Under the pieces are notes generated by a model. That model was given only the letters and a program-made list of their open reading frames with translations, had not been told where the DNA came from and did no database searches. Position numbers and translations under genes: made by a program. Shown one piece after another: positions 47,443 to 55,477 of a stretch of DNA of 59,039 nt. Location: positions 1-59,039 of the IMG/VR virus record IMGVR_UViG_3300036985_002412; one strand, written 5' to 3'. Numbering within the stretch: the first letter of the stretch is position 1; every line of letters begins with the position of its first letter. The DNA comes from a virus (lineage: Duplodnaviria; Caudoviricetes).

Positions 47443-48179
47443 TGCGTAGTGTTTTAGTCCACGCTGATTGCTTTGATGTGTTTCCATACATTGCTGATAA
47501 AAGCGTAAATCTTATTTTATGCGATTTGCCTTATGGTACTACCGCTTGTAAATGGGATAGTATTTTGCCTTTTGAAAAACTTTGGAATGAATACGAAAGA
47601 ATAATAACCGATAATGGTGCAATAGTGCTAACGGCATCACAACCATTTACGAGTGCTTTGGTAATGAGTAATCCAAAAATGTTTAAACACGAATGGATTT
47701 GGGAAAAACAAAAGGCAGCAAATTTTATGAATATGAAAACTGCTCCTGCAAAATACCACGAAAACATATTGGTATTTGCAAAAAACACTCCAACTTATAA
47801 TCCTATAATGTGGCAAATAGAAGAAAGCAAACGAGATAAAAGAAAAACTGTAAATAACCCAATTACTAATAAAGATTGTCATTTAGGGGAAATTGTAAGA
47901 ACAAGAAAAGAAGATGATGGAAGTAGATACCCAAAAAGTATTTTAAAAATTGACAAAAGCATAAATAAAAATTTGCACCCAACAGCAAAACCTTTGGAAC
48001 TTATGCAATACTTAATCAAAACATATTCAAATGAAGATGATGTAGTAATGGATAATTGTATGGGTAGCAACACAACAGGTTTAGCTTGTAAAGAGTTAAA
48101 TCGTCAATACATAGGAATTGAAAAAGAAAAAGCGTATTATGATATTTCAGTCAAACGAGTTACGGAGTGTCTGTTCTAA
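47397..48179 (+). CDS. N6/N4 DNA methyltransferase (cassette cargo)
   Basis: ILCDLPYG, HPTAKP and DNCMGSNTTG motifs. Confidence 0.9.
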   Translation: MMNLQLPPHYCKTDVMRSVLVHADCFDVFPYIADKSVNLILCDLPYGTTACKWDSILPFEKLWNEYERIITDNGAIVLTASQPFTSALVMSNPKMFKHEWIWEKQKAANFMNMKTAPAKYHENILVFAKNTPTYNPIMWQIEESKRDKRKTVNNPITNKDCHLGEIVRTRKEDDGSRYPKSILKIDKSINKNLHPTAKPLELMQYLIKTYSNEDDVVMDNCMGSNTTGLACKELNRQYIGIEKEKAYYDISVKRVTECLF

Positions 48180-48188
48180 CATTACGCA

Positions 48189-48314
48189 TAACGTTATCTC
48201 GCTTGGCGAGGTTGGGAAAAATAAGCCCAAATCATCTTATTTAAAAACTATAAAACCAAGTACAAAATGAACAATAAATTAAGCCAAATACCCAATCTTG
48301 CCAAACGAGTGTTA
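48189..48314. repeat. attC-like hairpin B6
   Basis: TAACgttatCTCGCTTGGCGAGGTTGGG ... CCCAATCTTGCCAAACGAGtGTTA. Confidence 0.9.
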
Positions 48315-49268
48315 GTGGCTGATGTGGGATTGAAAGAAAGATGTCTTATTTCATTCTCTGGTGGCGAAACTTCCGCTTATATGTTATGGTGGTTATTAAC
48401 TCATAAATCTGATGTTTATGATTTTGTAATAATATTTGCTAATACTGGGCAAGAAAATGAGCAAACTTTAGAATTTGTTAGAAATTGTGAAACTCATTTT
48501 GGTTGTAAAATTGTATGGGTTGAAGCTGTGCCAAGAATGTTTTTTCAAGGCAAAGTAAATAAAGTAGAAGATTGGTTAAACAATATCCAAATTATAAAAT
48601 GGATTGGAAAAAAACTTGGGACAAAACACAGAGTTGTAAATTTTGAAACAGCTAATCGTGATGGAAAAGTTTACGAGACTGTAATTGCGAGATACGGAAT
48701 ACCAAATGCGGCTGGAATATTTTGCACAAGAGAATTGAAATTAAGACCTATAACTTCATATTTGAGAAGTATCGGATGGAAAAAAGGAACGTACCAATCA
48801 GCAATAGGAATTAGAGCTGATGAATTTGACAGAATGAATAAAGATAGAGTTAAAGAAAAACTTTATTATCCTTTGATAAAAGACCAACCAATGACAAAAC
48901 CTAAAATTAATTTTTGGTGGAAATTACAGCCTTTTAGATTAGAATTGAAAGGTTATCAAGGAAATTGTAAATGGTGCTTTAAAAAATCAGATAATAAACT
49001 TTATCAATTAGCACAAGAAACGCCTGAAATATTTGAATTTCCTGACAGAATGGAACAGATTTATGGAAATTGGATTCCACCCGATAGATTAGCTGAATTG
49101 ATTGAAAAAGGAAAAGAAATACCAACAAATATTAAGTTTTTTAGAAACCATAAATCAGCAAAAGATATTTTAGAAAACTCAAAAACATTTGATAAAAACG
49201 TGAAAGATGATAGTGATGTTTATGATGATACAGAGAGTTGCGATATATACGCAGAATGTGGTTCTTAA
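48267..49268 (+). CDS. PAPS reductase-like / adenine nucleotide alpha-hydrolase protein (cassette cargo)
   Basis: SFSGGETS PP-loop, FANTGQE, CTRELK, GIRADE and GNCKWCFKK motifs. Confidence 0.8.
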   Translation: MNNKLSQIPNLAKRVLVADVGLKERCLISFSGGETSAYMLWWLLTHKSDVYDFVIIFANTGQENEQTLEFVRNCETHFGCKIVWVEAVPRMFFQGKVNKVEDWLNNIQIIKWIGKKLGTKHRVVNFETANRDGKVYETVIARYGIPNAAGIFCTRELKLRPITSYLRSIGWKKGTYQSAIGIRADEFDRMNKDRVKEKLYYPLIKDQPMTKPKINFWWKLQPFRLELKGYQGNCKWCFKKSDNKLYQLAQETPEIFEFPDRMEQIYGNWIPPDRLAELIEKGKEIPTNIKFFRNHKSAKDILENSKTFDKNVKDDSDVYDDTESCDIYAECGS

Positions 49269-49278
49269 ACGTAAACGA

Positions 49279-49344
49279 ACATTTGCCACTAACTACTATA
49301 TGTAAAAAAAATGTGCGAACACTAATAAACTTAATGCCTAACAA
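49279..49344. other. candidate attI-like primary recombination site
   Basis: Last cassette end ACATTTGCCACTAAC is not followed by a hairpin; TAAC ends 51 bp before the integrase ATG. Confidence 0.55.
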
Positions 49345-50151
49345 ATGGAAATTCCTAAGTACCTTGTTTTATATCGGAAAGAATTAACCTTAAAAGGATA
49401 TTCTGAAAATACTATTAAAAATTATGTTTCACAGGTAGATTTATTTTTAAGAGGACATAATCAGTTGTTTACAGAACCATCTAAAATAAATGAAGAAGCA
49501 ATAAAAACATGGCTACTTCAATTTAAAACTAAAAATTCAATGTGTCATAGCATTTCAGCTTTGAAATTATTTTATAAGATGGTTATAAAGCAACCTATGA
49601 AATTTCGTTACATTGAATATCCTCGTTCTGAAAAGAAACTGCCTAAAATTATTGAAAAGGAATTTTTGTTAATCCAATTGAATAAAATCAAAAATAGCAA
49701 ACACAAAGCACTTCTTACAATGACTTATTCTACAGGAATGAGAGTTTCAGAAGTTATTAATCTTTTGATAGCTGACATAGATAGTAAGCGCATGATTATT
49801 TTCATTAGAAATTCAAAAGGCAATAAAGATAGAATTGTTCCATTAAGCCAAAAAGTTTTAGAATTATTACGTATTTATTATTCTGAATATAAACCTAAAG
49901 AATATTTATTTAATGGTCAAGGAGATAATATTCAATATTCCGAAACAAGTTGTAATCAATTGGTAAAAAAATACATTGGAAAAGAATATCATATGCATTT
50001 GCTTAGACACTCAAATGCTACAGCACTTCTCGAAGCAGGAACAGACCTTAGATATATTCAAAAACACCTTGGACATTCAAACGTTAAAACTACAGAAATT
50101 TACTGCCATGTAAGTACAAATATGCTTTCAAAAATGGCATTACCAATTTAA
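49345..50151 (+). CDS. tyrosine recombinase with N-terminal SAM-like domain (candidate cassette integrase)
   Basis: Catalytic R (GMRVSE), K (SKGNKDR), HxxR (HLLRH), H (LGH) and Y (TTEIY) are intact; YSENTIKNY N-domain. Confidence 0.95.
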   Translation: MEIPKYLVLYRKELTLKGYSENTIKNYVSQVDLFLRGHNQLFTEPSKINEEAIKTWLLQFKTKNSMCHSISALKLFYKMVIKQPMKFRYIEYPRSEKKLPKIIEKEFLLIQLNKIKNSKHKALLTMTYSTGMRVSEVINLLIADIDSKRMIIFIRNSKGNKDRIVPLSQKVLELLRIYYSEYKPKEYLFNGQGDNIQYSETSCNQLVKKYIGKEYHMHLLRHSNATALLEAGTDLRYIQKHLGHSNVKTTEIYCHVSTNMLSKMALPI

Positions 50152-50161
50152 CACATAAACC

Positions 50162-50569
50162 ATGAGCCAGCTAAAAAAACTAAATAATTGGATTGTAGCT
50201 TATGAAACAGCAAATGATATTTTTCCTGATTCTAAGGCAATAAAATTCAAAATCAAGGAACTACTGAAAGAGGAGGTTATTGATAAAAAATCAGGATCTA
50301 AAAAGATTTACTTTCGGGATTGCAAATGGTCAGATTATAATATTCTTAGGAAAGAATTAGCATCTGATCAAAATTTTGTTAAGCAATATTCCGGAGTTGA
50401 TTTGAAGGCTTATATTGAAGATGCTATGGCATGGTCAGAAAAAGGGAATACCACTACAGAAAATGGATGGAAGTTAACTTTGAAAAATTGGATGCGTAAA
50501 TCTAAATTAGAAGGTAGATTAATAATGAAACCAAAAGCAGATATTAAGGATGCTTTTACAAATCAATAA
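50162..50569 (+). CDS. putative replication protein (initiator/loader-like)
   Basis: W..T..NW motif; directly before the helicase. Confidence 0.45.
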   Translation: MSQLKKLNNWIVAYETANDIFPDSKAIKFKIKELLKEEVIDKKSGSKKIYFRDCKWSDYNILRKELASDQNFVKQYSGVDLKAYIEDAMAWSEKGNTTTENGWKLTLKNWMRKSKLEGRLIMKPKADIKDAFTNQ

Positions 50570-50572
50570 TAA

Positions 50573-51550
50573 ATGGATTTACCAATAGGATTTGAAATGC
50601 TTAACTATAATAATAGTAGAGATGAATTACAAGCTTACAGAGAAAAAGGTGCTTTAAGAGGGAAATTTTTAGGATTTCCTTTTTTAGAAGAACACTATAC
50701 AATGTCAACTCCAGGAATTACCGATTGGACAGGTTATCCACAATCAGGTAAAACTGAATTTTTAATTGAATTACTTTTAAATACTTCTTTATTTTATGGA
50801 TGGAAACATTTATTATATGTTCCTGATGTTGGAGATAAAAATGAAGTTTTAGGCAACATAATACATAAACTATCGGGATATACTTTTGACAAAAGATTTA
50901 ATAATCATATTTCTGAAAGTGATACTGATAAAAATTTGCAATGGGTTTTAGAACATTTTTATATTATTTATGAAAAAGAAGCAGGTTCTAGTATTACACC
51001 ATTTCAATTTTGGGATTATGCAGCTTATGCTTCAAAAGAATTTAATATAAAAACTGCCACTATTGATAGTTGGAAAGATTTAGATTTAAACGTTATGCCT
51101 GATGGTACATCAATGGGTAGAGATGATAAGTATTTAGAGAAAGTATTAAAGTATAGAAATAAAATTGCAGATATGTACAAAATACATTTACATACAATTA
51201 TACATCCAACAAATATTCCTCCTGACAAAGATGGTAAAAGACCAGAACCAAAACCATTTAACTTAAGTGGTGGCGCACAATGGATGAATAGTGGTAGAAC
51301 TATGATAACAGTTCATAGAATTGATGGTACAGAAAATGAAGTTGATATTGTAATAAATAAGGCAAAGCCAAAAAGTGTTGCAAAGTTAGGTAGGGTTAGA
51401 ATGTTTTTTGATGTTAAGACTGCAAGATTTTATACAGATAATTTCGGACAAAAAGTATATGCAAATCACATTTACGAAAAACCAATAGCATTATCATTAC
51501 CAGATAGTAGTATATTTGATGATAATGAAGATGACCAATTACCATTTTAA
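50573..51550 (+). CDS. DnaB-like replicative helicase
   Basis: GYPQSGKT Walker A, TIDSW Walker B, HP and LSGG motifs; DDQLPF tail. Confidence 0.75.
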   Translation: MDLPIGFEMLNYNNSRDELQAYREKGALRGKFLGFPFLEEHYTMSTPGITDWTGYPQSGKTEFLIELLLNTSLFYGWKHLLYVPDVGDKNEVLGNIIHKLSGYTFDKRFNNHISESDTDKNLQWVLEHFYIIYEKEAGSSITPFQFWDYAAYASKEFNIKTATIDSWKDLDLNVMPDGTSMGRDDKYLEKVLKYRNKIADMYKIHLHTIIHPTNIPPDKDGKRPEPKPFNLSGGAQWMNSGRTMITVHRIDGTENEVDIVINKAKPKSVAKLGRVRMFFDVKTARFYTDNFGQKVYANHIYEKPIALSLPDSSIFDDNEDDQLPF

Positions 51551-51559
51551 AATTACACT

Positions 51560-51979
51560 ATGACAAAAGACGAATTAAGATTAGCAAATTATCATTTAGA
51601 ATATTTAAAAAATCAGCGTAAATATTTTGAATATGCAGATACATCACAGTTTTTATTGGAGCAACAAAAGGACAATGATTTATTACTTTTACAAGAGGCT
51701 TTTACGAATTGGATTCAAAAAATTAAGAAAGGAGATTTAAGAGCAAATGAATTAACATTACTTTTGCAAAGCATTTGGAGATTACAATCTTATTGTGGAA
51801 ATTTGGAAACTATTTGTAGAGCATCAGTATCGAGCATTGTGGAATCAAACAAAAGGATTGAGAGGTTAGAATCTGAAAAGAGGATTTTAGAATTACAGAT
51901 ATTGCAGATAAATTCAAAACACGAAATAGAAAAAAAGAAACTTGAGCAAGAAATCGAATTTATCACAAAAAATGGCTAG
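51560..51979 (+). CDS. hypothetical coiled-coil protein
   Basis: 139-aa ORF. Confidence 0.7.
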   Translation: MTKDELRLANYHLEYLKNQRKYFEYADTSQFLLEQQKDNDLLLLQEAFTNWIQKIKKGDLRANELTLLLQSIWRLQSYCGNLETICRASVSSIVESNKRIERLESEKRILELQILQINSKHEIEKKKLEQEIEFITKNG

Positions 51980-52172
51980 TCCAGAACAGATTTATTTTGT
52001 TTTAAAAAGCGGTATAAAAGTTTATCCGGTTTATAATTTAGGTTGGTTTATCGAGGTTGATAACAATGGAAGAATAAATCGATTTGACAAAAAAATATCG
52101 CAAACAGAAATAAATGAATCAATAGCAAAAACAATAATATTTTACTACAACAAATTAAAAGAAACAAAATAA
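51972..52172 (+). CDS. hypothetical protein
   Basis: Likely start ATG 51972. Confidence 0.6.
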   Translation: MASPEQIYFVLKSGIKVYPVYNLGWFIEVDNNGRINRFDKKISQTEINESIAKTIIFYYNKLKETK

Positions 52173-52384
52173 TGGCAAAATTAGAATTAACGCAGGAACA
52201 AAAGGAATTTAGATTAGATGATTACACTTTGAACCGACACTTTATTTATTGGCTAACAAAAAGTAAGTGTATGTGGGATTTAAAAACATCACATCAAGAG
52301 TATAATAAATTGAGATTAGATTTGGATCACGCAACAGCATTTGAGAAATTGAAAGTAATGATGTTTAATTTAGGTGTAAAGTAG
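52172..52384 (+). CDS. hypothetical protein
   Basis: 70-aa ORF. Confidence 0.6.
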   Translation: MAKLELTQEQKEFRLDDYTLNRHFIYWLTKSKCMWDLKTSHQEYNKLRLDLDHATAFEKLKVMMFNLGVK

Positions 52385-52386
52385 TT

Positions 52387-52908
52387 ATGGATTTAATCAA
52401 AGAGATAATTATAGACAATCCTCCACACAAATGGAGTTTGGTTTACAAAAAGCAAAAGTTTGATAGCAAAGGTAAGTTGGTAACGCATCAGGACTATTAT
52501 TTGACAGCAAATCTTTTTTATAGCGACAGAACATCATTTCATATTACATCAAAGATTATTTATGAAACAAAAGAGTTTCTATTACCGTATTTAAAAGGAC
52601 TTCCAGAGTTAGAAAAAATGAGAACTGAAATGGAAATTTATAATACAAAAGATGTTGATTTGGATAATAGATGGTTTTTCTTTTATAAGTTGATTTTGGA
52701 TATACTAAAAACGCCTACATCAAAACAAATTGATAGAGCTTTAAAATATAAAAAGCCAATTATAACTACCAATACAATTTATGATGATAATACAAAATCA
52801 GTATCTGAATTTAATTGTAAGTTTTTAAAAGGTAATAATAAAATAGTTTTCAGAATTTTTGGTAGAGTAAAAACAGAGCAAAAAGAATTAAGTTTGTTTT
52901 TTATATAA
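52387..52908 (+). CDS. RusA-like Holliday junction resolvase
   Basis: DLDN....K...D.L ... DDN acidic motif. Confidence 0.5.
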   Translation: MDLIKEIIIDNPPHKWSLVYKKQKFDSKGKLVTHQDYYLTANLFYSDRTSFHITSKIIYETKEFLLPYLKGLPELEKMRTEMEIYNTKDVDLDNRWFFFYKLILDILKTPTSKQIDRALKYKKPIITTNTIYDDNTKSVSEFNCKFLKGNNKIVFRIFGRVKTEQKELSLFFI

Positions 52909-52915
52909 AATTAAT

Positions 52916-53606
52916 ATGGAAATAAATAAAGTGTATAATGAAGATTGTTTGGAAACTTTAAAAAAACTTCCTGATAATTCTATTGATTTGGTAATAGCAG
53001 ACCCTCCATACGAAATTGTAAGCGGTGGCGGTGGTGGTTGCTTTGGAACAGAACAAAGAGATTATCATAAAGGCGTAAAATCATTAAGCGATGGATTTGA
53101 AAACGTAATACTTGACGAATGTAAAAGAGTTTTAAAAGTATTTAATTGTTATTTCTTTTGTAGTAAAGACCAAGTGTTGCAAATTTTACTTTGGGGCAAA
53201 GAAAATAATATGAATACTGATATACTTTGTTATCACAAATTAAATCCAATACCTACAACTAATAATAAATATTTATCTGATACCGAATATATAATTTTTA
53301 TGAGAGGTAAAGGAGCTTATTTGGGGGGGGGGGTACAAAACTAAAAAGAAATACTTTCTACAAAACAATAGTAAAAGTGAATTTGAACATCCTACTGTAA
53401 AACCTTTAAACATTATAAGAACGTTAATTACTAATTCAAGTAAAGAATATGATTTAGTATTTGACCCATTTATGGGAAGTGGCACAACTGCAATAGCTTG
53501 TATAAAAGAAAAAAGAAACTTTTTAGGAAGTGAAATAGATAAAAAATATTATTCAGTATTATCAAAAAGAATATTAAACGAACAATCACAAACAACATTA
53601 TTTTAA
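52916..53606 (+). pseudogene. N6/N4 DNA methyltransferase frameshifted at a G11 tract (possibly phase-variable)
   Basis: DPPY in the first frame; HPTVKP and DPFMGSGTT follow in another frame; G10 would restore the ORF. Confidence 0.85.
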
Positions 53607-53827
53607 TGAAACAATCTAAAAAGCATTCAGCATTAGAATCTACAACCAATGTAGTTGTGGGTTTAATAATATCAATTTTAACTCAAATGGCATTATTTCC
53701 CATTTTAGGTATTCCAGTTTCGACAGAGCAAAATATAATCATTACAGCGGTGTTTTTTGTGTTGTCATTTGTAAGAGGATATATTATTCGTAGAATTTTT
53801 AATAATAAAATAAAATCAAATGGATGA
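53606..53827 (+). CDS. small conserved phage membrane protein
   Basis: QSKKHS.LES..N...G...R.Y..RR.F with two TM segments. Confidence 0.7.
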   Translation: MKQSKKHSALESTTNVVVGLIISILTQMALFPILGIPVSTEQNIIITAVFFVLSFVRGYIIRRIFNNKIKSNG

Positions 53828-54233
53828 ATTAAAATTTAAAATTTGTGCAGATAGAGAGTGCAATGTAAAGTTTAGGCAATTTAATTCCTTGCAGAAATAT
53901 TGTTGTTCCATCTGTTCAAATAAAAATAAGAAGGTAAACTTAAAGCTAAAACCACTTTATAAAATTCCGAAAGTATCTGAAAAGCGTAAAATAGAAAACC
54001 TAAAGTATTCAGTTTTAAGAATTGAGTTTTTAAGTAAACCAGAAAACCAAAAATGTCCTATAACTGGAAAACCAACAACAGATGTGCATCATTCCAAAGG
54101 TAGAATTGGAACTTTATTATTAAATACTCGTTATTGGATAGCTTTGAGTAGGGAAGGACACAAGTTTGTAGAGGAAAACCCAGAATGGGCAAAAGAAAAT
54201 GGTTATAGTTTAAATCGATTGTCAAATGAGTAA
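53820..54233 (+). CDS. Zn-binding HNH/NinG-like protein
   Basis: C..C..F...QKYC...C; CP..G...DVHH..GR; H. Confidence 0.55.
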   Translation: MDELKFKICADRECNVKFRQFNSLQKYCCSICSNKNKKVNLKLKPLYKIPKVSEKRKIENLKYSVLRIEFLSKPENQKCPITGKPTTDVHHSKGRIGTLLLNTRYWIALSREGHKFVEENPEWAKENGYSLNRLSNE

Positions 54234-54365
54234 AAAAACAAAACCATTAATCTATCCTTTTACTTTTAATGAATGGTTATCACATCCAAGCACAAAACCA
54301 AAATTAAAATGGTGTAAACAAATAGCATCTGAAATTAAATATGGAACTCAAAAAACTTTAAACTT

Positions 54366-54593
54366 ATGAATGAAAAAGAATTATTAGAATTAGGATTTAT
54401 AGATACTTCTTATACGGAAGATAAAATAGATTTTACCGAGCATACATTAACTAAAGAAACTTTTTCAATAGAAATAAGCGGAATTGATAGTGTAGAAATT
54501 AAATTTGTAGGTATTGGTTGGGTTGATGTTCCTAACTGTAAAACAATAGAGGATTTAAAACAATTAATAAGATTATTTAACATTAACAATTAA
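54366..54593 (+). CDS. hypothetical protein
   Basis: 75-aa ORF. Confidence 0.65.
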   Translation: MNEKELLELGFIDTSYTEDKIDFTEHTLTKETFSIEISGIDSVEIKFVGIGWVDVPNCKTIEDLKQLIRLFNINN

Positions 54594-54605
54594 AAACAAG
54601 AAGCG

Positions 54606-55004
54606 ATGAGCAACATTTCTATTAAGGTAAACCTTAAACAATTAAAACACGTAGAACGTGAAATGAAAGGACTAGATGGTAAAATGATTAAATGTTTAAT
54701 CATACCATTAGATGAAAATTTAATCTATCAAGGAGAGAAAGGAGCATATCTAAATCTTACAGCTATTGAGATAAAAGATAGAAGTAAGTTTTTACCGGAC
54801 CAAAAAGATACTCACTTGGTTAAACAAGATATTCCAAAAGAAAAGTATGATGCAATGAGTGATGAACAAAGAAAAGCAATGCCGATTTTAGGAAATGCAA
54901 TTTTATGGGGAAGGAAAGAACCTGCACCAAATGAAAGTTCAGAAATGTCAAATAGTGCTGTTGATGCTTATTTAGAAGAACAAGATGATTTACCTTTTAA
55001 TTAA
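54606..55004 (+). CDS. putative ssDNA-binding protein
   Basis: PILGNA motif and DDLPF acidic tail. Confidence 0.55.
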   Translation: MSNISIKVNLKQLKHVEREMKGLDGKMIKCLIIPLDENLIYQGEKGAYLNLTAIEIKDRSKFLPDQKDTHLVKQDIPKEKYDAMSDEQRKAMPILGNAILWGRKEPAPNESSEMSNSAVDAYLEEQDDLPFN

Positions 55005-55053
55005 GGGTTTTTAGTTATCCCGTAAAAGTAAAACTAATAATTAATTTTATTGC

Positions 55054-55086
55054 AACCAACCTTTATTGTTAAGGGTTGGTTTTTTT
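55054..55086 (+). terminator. intrinsic terminator
   Basis: AACCAACCTTTA...TAAGGGTTGGTTTTTTT. Confidence 0.75.
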
Positions 55087-55171
55087 ATAAAAAATAATTA
55101 AAAAAACATAAAAATGTTTGTTTAATTAAAATATAGTTGTATTATTGCATAATAATTTTAAACTTTTATAA

Positions 55172-55456
55172 ATGAGTACAAAAAAAAATGATTTTAAAAA
55201 GCTGGATATTAAAGATGTATTTCTTGACTTTCCATCTGCTGTAATTAAAATTCGTTACAACACCGGAGAAAAGAAGTTGTTAGGTTCAGTAGCGCAAGAG
55301 TGTGGGGTTTCGTTAGTTATTGTAAAACAATGGGAAACAAAAGCTCCAAACATTGTGGCAATTATTCACGCTTACTTGAAAGAGTACAATTTGACTTTTG
55401 AGGAATTGGTAAAGGAAGTGAATGTAAAGAAAAAAGCAAAAACTAAAATAAATTAA
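55172..55456 (+). CDS. putative HTH transcriptional regulator
   Basis: VAQECGVS...VKQWE. Confidence 0.5.
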   Translation: MSTKKNDFKKLDIKDVFLDFPSAVIKIRYNTGEKKLLGSVAQECGVSLVIVKQWETKAPNIVAIIHAYLKEYNLTFEELVKEVNVKKKAKTKIN

Positions 55457-55477
55457 TCATCTAAAACAATAAGGAAA

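Larger units (their letters stand above)
43605..49293. mobile_element. integron-like cassette array 2 (6 cassettes) adjacent to a tyrosine recombinase
   Basis: Hairpins at 43605, 43960, 44851, 46376, 47318 and 48189; complementary cassette ends; terminal TAAC 49290-49293 before the integrase. Confidence 0.9.

Noticed and set aside
43605-49293. Hairpin repeats as a CRISPR array or simple terminators/REP elements
   Set aside because: Spacing is gene-sized, sequences covary rather than repeat, there are no cas genes or poly-U tails, and cassette-specific end complementarity is not explained by those classes.
49345-50151. Integrase as an ordinary prophage integrase marking an attL/attR boundary
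   Set aside because: Phage genes continue on both sides, no host genes are present, it has no obvious arm-binding domain and it abuts the cassette array. A lysogeny role cannot be fully excluded.
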